Origin: the human T2T-CHM13v2.0 reference genome, Homo sapiens | Strand: one strand, 5' to 3' | Assembly (NCBI RefSeq): GCF_009914755.1 | Contig: NC_060948.1 | DNA: 64,000 nt | Part shown: positions 56,359 through 64,000 of the stretch, piece by piece | Position numbering within the stretch: the stretch's first letter is position 1 | Layout of the letters: every line of letters starts with the position of its first letter | Made by a program: the position numbers and the translations under genes | The notes under the pieces: generated by a model | What the model was told of the DNA's origin: nothing | Seen by the model: the letters and a program-made list of their open reading frames with translations, nothing else | The model's database searches: none

Positions 56359-59300
56359 GGAGTCAAAAGGAATGGAATCGATTGGCAAGAAATCGAATGT
56401 AATGGAATCGCAAGGAATTGATGTGAACGGAACGGAATGGAATGGAATCCAAAGGAATGGAATAGAATGGAATGGAATCGAATGGAAAGGACTCGAATGG
56501 AAATCACTCGAATAGAATGCAATTTAATAAAATAGGATCAAATGTAATGGAATGGAATGGAGAGGAATCGAAACGAAAGGAATGGAGACAGATGGAATGG
56601 AATGGAACAGAGAGCAATGGTATAGAATGGAATGGAATCATCTGGAATGGAATTGAATGGAATGGAATAATATGAAATGGAATGGAATGGAATGGAATGG
56701 AATGCCCTTGAATTAAATGGACTGGACTCGAACAGAGTGGAATGGAAAGTGTTGAGATAGAATGGAATGGACTCCTTTGGAATGGTCTAGTATGCAATGC
56801 AATCGACTGGCAGGGAATCAAAAGGAATGTAATGGAATGGATTGGACTGGAATGCAATGGACTCGAATAGATTGGAAACGGAATGCAAAGGAATGGAATG
56901 GAATAGTATGGAATGGAATGGAAAGGAATGGAGTGGAATAGACTAGAGTGGAATGGAATGGACTGGAAAGCAATGGACTGGAATGGAACATTCTTGAATG
57001 GACTGGAATCAAACGGAATGGAATGCAATGCAATCAAATGGCATGGAATAAAATAGAATGAAAGAGAATCAAATGGAATTGAATCGAATGGAATCGAATG
57101 GATTGGAAAGGAATAGAATGGAATGGAATGGAATTGACTCAAATGGAATGGACTAGAATGGAATGGATTCGAATGGAAGGCAAAGGAATGGAATCTATTG
57201 GAATGGACTGTAATGGAATGGAATGGAAAGGATTGGAATGGACTCGAATGGAATGGACTGCAATAGAAAGGATTCGAATGGAATGAAAAAGAATTGAATG
57301 GAATAGAACAGAATGGAATCAAATCGAATGAAATGGAATGGAATAGAAAGGAATGGAATGAAATGGAATGGAAAGGATTCGAATGGAATGTAATCGAATG
57401 GAATGGAATCGAACGGAATGGAATAAAATGGAAGAAAACTGGCAAGAAATGGAATCGAAATGAATGGAGTGTTATGGAACGGACTCAAAAGGAATTGAAT
57501 GTAATAGAATGGAGTGGAGTGGACTCGAATATAATGGACTGGAATGGAATGAAATCACATGGAATGGGAACGAATGGAATGGAATGGAAAGGAATGGAAT
57601 CGAATGGAAAGGAATCGAATGGAAGGGAATGAAATTGAATCAACAGGAATGGGAGGGAATAGAATAGACTGTAATGGAATGGACTCGAATAGAATGTACA
57701 CGAATGCTCAAATTAAATGGACTCGAATGGAATGGAAACGAAAGGAATGTCATCGAATGGAATTGAATCGATTGGAATGAAATCGCATAGAATGGAGTGG
57801 AATCAAATGGAATTGAATCGAAAGGAAAGGAAGCGAATGGACTGAAATGAAATGGAATGGAATTGAATGGAAAGTAATGCAATGGAATAGAATGGAACGA
57901 AATTTCACGGAATGGAATCAAACTGAATTGAATCAAATCAATGGAATCAAATCAAATGGAATGGAAAGGAATTGAATGGAGTAGATTGGATTGGATGGGA
58001 TTGGAATGAAATGTACTGGAAAGGACTCGAATTTCATGAAACGGAATGGAATGAATTGGAACGGAATGGACTCGAATGGAATGGAATGTCATGGAATGGC
58101 ATCAAATGGAATGGCATCAAATGGAATGGAATCGAATGCAATGGAATGCTATGGAATGGAATGGAATGCATTGGAATGGAATGTCCTCTAATGGAATGGA
58201 TTCGAGTGGAATGGAATTGAATATAATGGAGTCGAATGAAATGGAATTGAAAGGAATGGGATCGAATACAATGGAATATATTGGAATGTAACGTAATGAA
58301 CTCGAATGTAATTGACTGGAATGGAATGTATATGAATGGAATGTGATCGAATGGAAAGTAGTCCAATGGAATAGAATCTAATGCAATAAAATCGACTCAG
58401 ATAGAGTAGAATGTAATGGAATGGAGTGCAGTGCAATGGAATGGAATGGAATGGAATGCAATGGAATGGAATGGAATGGAATGGAATGGGATGGAATGGT
58501 ATGGAATGGATAGTAATGGACTGGAGTGAAATGGACTGGAAAGGAATGGACTCAAATTGAAAGGGCTCGAAAGGAATGGAGACAAATGGAATGGTCTGGA
58601 ATGGAATGAACACGAATGTAATGCAATCCAATAGAATGGAGTCGAATGGCATGGAATATAAAGAAATGGAATCGAAGAGAATGGAAACAAATGGAATGGA
58701 ATTGAATGGAATGGAATTGAATGGAATGGGAACGAATGGAGTGAAATGATATGCAGTAGAAGAGAATAGAATGGAATGCAAGCGAAAGGAAAGGAATGGA
58801 TTGGAATGGAATGGAATTCATTGGAATGGAAGGGAATGTAGTGTAATGGACAGGCCTGGAATAAAGTGGAATGCTACGGTCTCGAATGGAATAAAAATGT
58901 ATGGAATGGAATGCAATGAAACGGAATCGAATGTCATAGAATGTAATGGAATGCAAAAAAATGGAATCCAAAATCATTGACTGGAAAGGCTGGGTGTCGA
59001 AAGGAATTGACTCCAATGGAATGGAATCGAATGGAATGGAAGTGAATAGAATCGAACTAAATCGAATGGAATGGAATTGATAGGAACGGAATGGAAAGGA
59101 ATGCAATGATTTGGCATGGAATGGAATCGAATGGCATCGAATGGAATGGAATGGAATGCAATGTAATGGAATGTATTAGAATGTAATGAACTTTAATGGA
59201 ATGTACTCGAATGGATTCGACTGGAATGGAATGTTCTGGAAGTGAATGGACTCCAATGGAATGGATTCAAAAGGAATGGAATCGTACGGAATGGAATCTA

Positions 59301-59897
59301 ATGGAATGGAATTAAATGGAAATGAATCAAATTGAATAGCACGGAATTGAATTGAATGGAATGGAATGCAATGGAATCTAATGAAACGGAAAGGAAAGGA
59401 ATGGAATGGAATGGAATGGGCTGGAATGGAAAGGAATCGAAACGAATGGAATGGAATCGAAGTGAAGAGACTGGAATGGAATGCACTGGAATGGAAGGGA
59501 GTGTAATGGAAGGTTCTCGAAAAAAATGGAATCGAATGGAATGGAATTGAATGGAACGGAATAGAGTCGAATGGAATTGAATGGAATGGAATGGACTAGA
59601 GTGAAATGGAATCGAACCACAAGGAATGGACAGGAATAGAATGGTCTCGAATTGAATGGAATCGTATGGAATGGCATCAAACGGAATGGAATGGACAGCC
59701 ACGGAATGGAATGCACTCGAATGCAATGGAGTCGAAACTAATGGACTGGAATAGAATGGACTCGACTGGTACGGACTCCAATGGAATGGAATCGAATGGA
59801 AGGGAATCGAACGGAATGGACTCGAAGGGAAAAGACTGCAATGGAAAGGTCTCGAATGGAATGGAAATTAATGGAATGGAATGGAATCGAATGAAAT
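56359..59897 (+). repeat. DYZ1 unit U17 (3539 bp)
   Basis: Landmark spacing. Confidence 0.92.
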
Positions 59898-62800
59898 GGA
59901 GTCAAAAGGAATGGAATCGAATGGCAAGAAATCGAATGTAATGGAATCGCAAGGAATTGATGTGAACGGAACGGAATGGAATGGAATCCAAAGGAATGGA
60001 ATAGAATGGAATGGAATCGAATGGAAAGGACTCGAATGGAAATCACTCGAATAGAATGCAATTTAATAAAATAGGATCAAATGTAATGGAATGGAATGGA
60101 AAGGAATCGAAACGAAAGGAATGGAGACAGATGGAATGGAATGGAACAGAGAGCAATGGTATAGAATGGAATGGAATCATCTGGAATGGAATTGAATGGA
60201 ATGGAATAATATGAAATGGAATGGAATGGAATGGAATGGAATGCCCTTGAATTAAATGGACTGGACTCGAACAGAGTGGAATGGAAAGTGTTGAGATAGA
60301 ATGGAATGGACTCCTTTGGAATGGTCTAGTATGCAATGCAATCGACTAGCAGGGAATCAAAAGGAATGTAATGGAATGGATTGGACTGGAATGCAATGGA
60401 CTCGAATAGATTGGAAACGGAATGCAAAGGAATGGAATGGAATAGTATGGAATGGAATGGAAAGGAATGGAGTGGAATAGACTAGAGTGGAATGGAATGG
60501 ACTGGAAAGCAATAGACTGGAATGGAACATTCTAGAATGGACTGGAATCAAACGGAATGGAATGCAATGCAATCAAATGGCATGGAATAAAATAGAATGA
60601 AAGAGAATCAAATGGAATTGAATCGAATGGAATCGAATGGATTGGAAAGGAATAGAATGGAATGGAATGGAATTGACTCAAATGGAATGGACTAGAATGG
60701 AATGGATTCGAATGGAAGGCAAAGGAATGGAATCTATTGGAATGGACTGTAATGGAATGGAATGGAAAGGATTGGAATGGACTCGAATGGAATGGACTGC
60801 AATAGAAAGGATTCGAATGGAATGAAAAAGAATTGAATGGAATAGAACAGAATGGAATCAAATCGAATGAAATGGAATGGAATAGAAAGGAATGGAATGA
60901 AATGGAATGGAAAGGATTCGAATGGAATGTAATCGAATGGAATGGAATCGAACGGAATGGAATAAAATGGAAGAAAACTGGCAAGAAATGGAATCGAAAT
61001 GAATGGAGTGTTATGGAACGGACTCAAAAGGAATTGAATGTAATAGAATGGAGTGGAGTGGACTCGAATATAATGGACTGGAATGGAATGAAATCACATG
61101 GAATGGGAACGAATGGAATGGAATGGAAAGGAATGGAATCGAATGGAAAGGAATCGAATGGAAGGGAATGAAACTGAATCAACAGGAATGGAAGGGAATA
61201 GAATAGACGGTAATGGAATGGACTCGAATAGAATGGACACGAATGCTCAAATTGAATGGACTCGAATGGAATGGAAACGAAAGGAATGTCATCGAATGGA
61301 ATTGAATCGATTGGAATGAAATCGCATAGAATGGAGTGGAATCAAATGGAATTGAATCGAAAGGAAAGGAAGCGAATGGACTGAAATGAAATGGAATGGA
61401 ATTGAATGGAAAGTAATGCAATGGAATAGAATGGAACGAAATTTCACGGAATGGAATCAAACTGAATGGAATCAAATCAATGGAATCAAATCAAATGGAA
61501 TGGAAAGGAATTGAATGGAGTAGATGGGATTGGATGGGATTGGAATGAAATGTACTGGAAAGGACTCGAATTTCATGAAACGGAATGGAATGAATTGGAA
61601 CGGAATGGACTCGAATGGAATGGAATGTCATGGAATGGCATCAAATGGAATGGCATCAAATGGAATGGAATCGAATGCAATGGAATGCTATGGAATGGAA
61701 TGGAATGCATTGGAATGGAATGTCCTCTAATGGAATGGATTCGAGTGTAATGGAATCGAATATAATGGAGTCGAATGAAATGGAATTGAAAGGAATGGGA
61801 TCGAATACAATGGAATATACTGGAATGTAACGTAATGAACTCGAATGTAATTGACTGGAATGGAATGTACATGAATGGAATGTAATCGAATGGAAAGTAA
61901 TCCAATGGAATAGAATCTAATGCAATAAAATCGACTCAGATAGAGTAGAATGTAATGGAATGGAGTGCAGTGCAATGGAATGGAATGGAATGGAATGCAA
62001 TGGAATGGAATGGGATGGAATGGTATGGAATGGATAGTAATGGACTGGAGTGAAATGGACTGGAAAGGAATGGACTCAAATTGAAAGGGCTCGAAAGGAA
62101 TGGAGACAAATGGAATGGTCTGGAATGGAATGAACACGAATGTAATGCAATCCAATAGAATGGAGTCGAATGGCATGGAATATAAAGAAATGGAATCGAA
62201 GAGAATGGAAACAAATGGAATGGAATTGAATGGAATGGAATTGAATGGAATGGGAACGAATGGAGTGAAATTGTATGCAGTAGAAGAGAATAGAATGGAA
62301 TGCAAGCGAAAGGAAAGGAATGGATTGGAATGGAATGGAATTCATTGGAATGGAAGGGAATGTAGTGTAATGGACAGGCCTGGAATAAAGTGGAATGCTA
62401 CGGTCTCGAATGGAATAAAAATGTATGGAATGGAATGCAATGAAACGGAATCGAATGTCATAGAATGTAATGGAATGCAAAAAAATGGAATCCAAAATCA
62501 TTGACTGGAAAGGCTGGGTGTCGAAAGGAATTGACTCCAATGGAATGGAATCGAATGGAATGGAAGTGAATAGAATCGAACTAAATCGAATGGAATGGAA
62601 TTGATAGGAACGGAATGGAAAGGAATGCAATGATTTGGCATGGAATGGAATCGAATGGCATCGAATGGAATGGAATGGAATGCAATGGAATGGAATGTAT
62701 TAGAATATAATGAACTTTAATGGAATGTACTCGAATGGATTCGACTGGAATGGAATGCTCTGGAAGTGAATGGACTCCAATGGAATGGATTCAAAAGGAA

Positions 62801-63421
62801 TGGAATCGTACGGAATGGAATCTAATGGAATGGAATTAAATGGAAATGAATCAAATTGAATAGGACGGAATTGAATTGAATGGAATCGAATGCAATGGAA
62901 TCTAATGAAACGGAAAGGAAAGGAATGGAATGGAATGGAATGGGCTGGAATGGAAAGGAATCGAAACGAATGGAATGGAATCGAACTGAAGAGACTGGAA
63001 TGGAATGCACTGGAATGGAAGGGAGTGTAATGAAAGGTTCTCGAAAAAAATGGAATCGAATGGAATGGAATTGAATGGAACGGAATAGAGTCGAATGGAA
63101 TTGAATGGAATGGAATGGACTAGAGTGAAATGGAATCGAACCACAAGGAATGGACAGGAATAGAATGGTCTCGAATTGAATGGAATCGTATGGAATGGCA
63201 TCAAACGGAATGGAATGGACAGCCACGGAATGGAATGCACTCGAATGCAATGGAGTCGAAACTAATGGACTGGAATAGAATGGACTCGACTGGTACGGAC
63301 TCCAATGGAATGGAATCGAATGGAAGGGAATCGAACGGAATGGACTCGAAGGGAAAAGACTGCAATGGAAAGGTCTCGAATGGAATGGAAATTAATGGAA
63401 TGGAATGGAATCGAATGAAAT
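59898..63421 (+). repeat. DYZ1 unit U18 (3524 bp)
   Basis: Landmark spacing. Confidence 0.92.
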
Positions 63422-64000
63422 GGAGTCAAAAGGAATGGAATCGAATGGCAAGAAATCGAATGTAATGGAATCGCAAGGAATTGATGTGAACGGAACGGAA
63501 TGGAATGGAATCCAAAGGAATGGAATAGAATGGAATGGAATCGAATGGAAAGGACTCGAATGGAAATCACTCGAATAGAATGCAATTTAATAAAATAGGA
63601 TCAAATGTAATGGAATGGAATGGAAAGGAATCGAAACGAAAGGAATGGAGACAGATGGAATGGAATGGAACAGAGAGCAATGGTATAGAATGGAATGGAA
63701 TCATCTGGAATGGAATTGAATGGAATGGAATAATATGAAATCGAATGAAATGGAATGGAACGGAATGCCCTTGAATTAAATGGACTGGAATGGAATGGAC
63801 TCAAACAGAGTGGAATGGAAAGTGTGGAGATAGAATGGAATGAACTCCTTTGGAATGGTGTAGTATGCAATGCAATCGACTGGCAGGGAATCAAAAGGAA
63901 TGTAATCGAATGGATTGGACTGGAATGCAATGGACTCGAATAGATTGGAAACGGAATGCAAAGGAATGGAATGGAATAGTGTGGAATGCAATGGAAGGGA
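63422..64000 (+). repeat. DYZ1 unit U19 (partial, cut by window end; type-B 5' segment)
   Basis: Landmark at 63422; sequence continues in register to the window end. Confidence 0.9.

Larger units (their letters stand above)
1..64000 (+). repeat. DYZ1: Human satellite 3 (HSat3) array, DYZ1 family of Yq12 heterochromatin; GGAAT strand on +
   Basis: Entirely GGAAT and single/double-substitution variants (CGAAT, TGAAT, GCAAT, GGACT, AGAAT). Landmark motifs recur every ~3.52-3.58 kb (anchor ORF starts 114, 3667, 7223, 10777 ... 63535). One conserved GGCC and one conserved GAATTC per unit, matching the known ~3.56 kb HaeIII/EcoRI DYZ1 repeat. Confidence 0.96.

Noticed and set aside
1-64000. CRISPR array or novel prokaryotic repeat/defence system
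   Set aside because: No repeat-unique-spacer architecture and no cas or other genes; the sequence is human satellite DNA.
1-64000. HSat2, or HSat3 from chr9 or the acrocentrics
   Set aside because: Lacks the CATTCGATTC-dominated HSat2 pattern. The 3.55 kb period with a single HaeIII site and the Y primer matches point to DYZ1; a BLAST against T2T would be decisive.
1-64000. Inversions, DYZ2/HSat1B blocks, Alu/L1 insertions, telomeric repeats, canonical G-quadruplexes
   Set aside because: Looked for and not seen: GGAAT stays on the + strand throughout, there is no non-pentameric segment longer than a few bases, and no clustered runs of four GGG tracts.

Overview
The whole 64 kb window is one uninterrupted, single-orientation human satellite 3 array of diverged (GGAAT)n pentamers. 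It is organised as 18 complete ~3.55 kb higher-order units plus a 579-bp partial unit. The unit length, one conserved HaeIII/StuI site and one conserved EcoRI site per unit, and exact matches to the classical Y1.1/Y1.2 sexing-primer sequences (recalled from memory) identify it as DYZ1 (HSat3) of Yq12 heterochromatin. I see no genuine genes, RNA genes, transposons, DYZ2/Alu inserts or inversions; all ORFs are repeat artefacts. I found no previously undescribed gene system. The notable signals are internal: 2-3 perfect heat-shock elements per unit, one of them polymorphic between units; a 440-bp in-register deletion unit; ~7.1 kb two-unit super-periods; a recent 3539-bp triplication; chimeric units; a variable pure (GGAAT)n tract; recurrent 15-bp indels; and four fixed pentamer register shifts. 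All comparisons were made by eye and need alignment to confirm.
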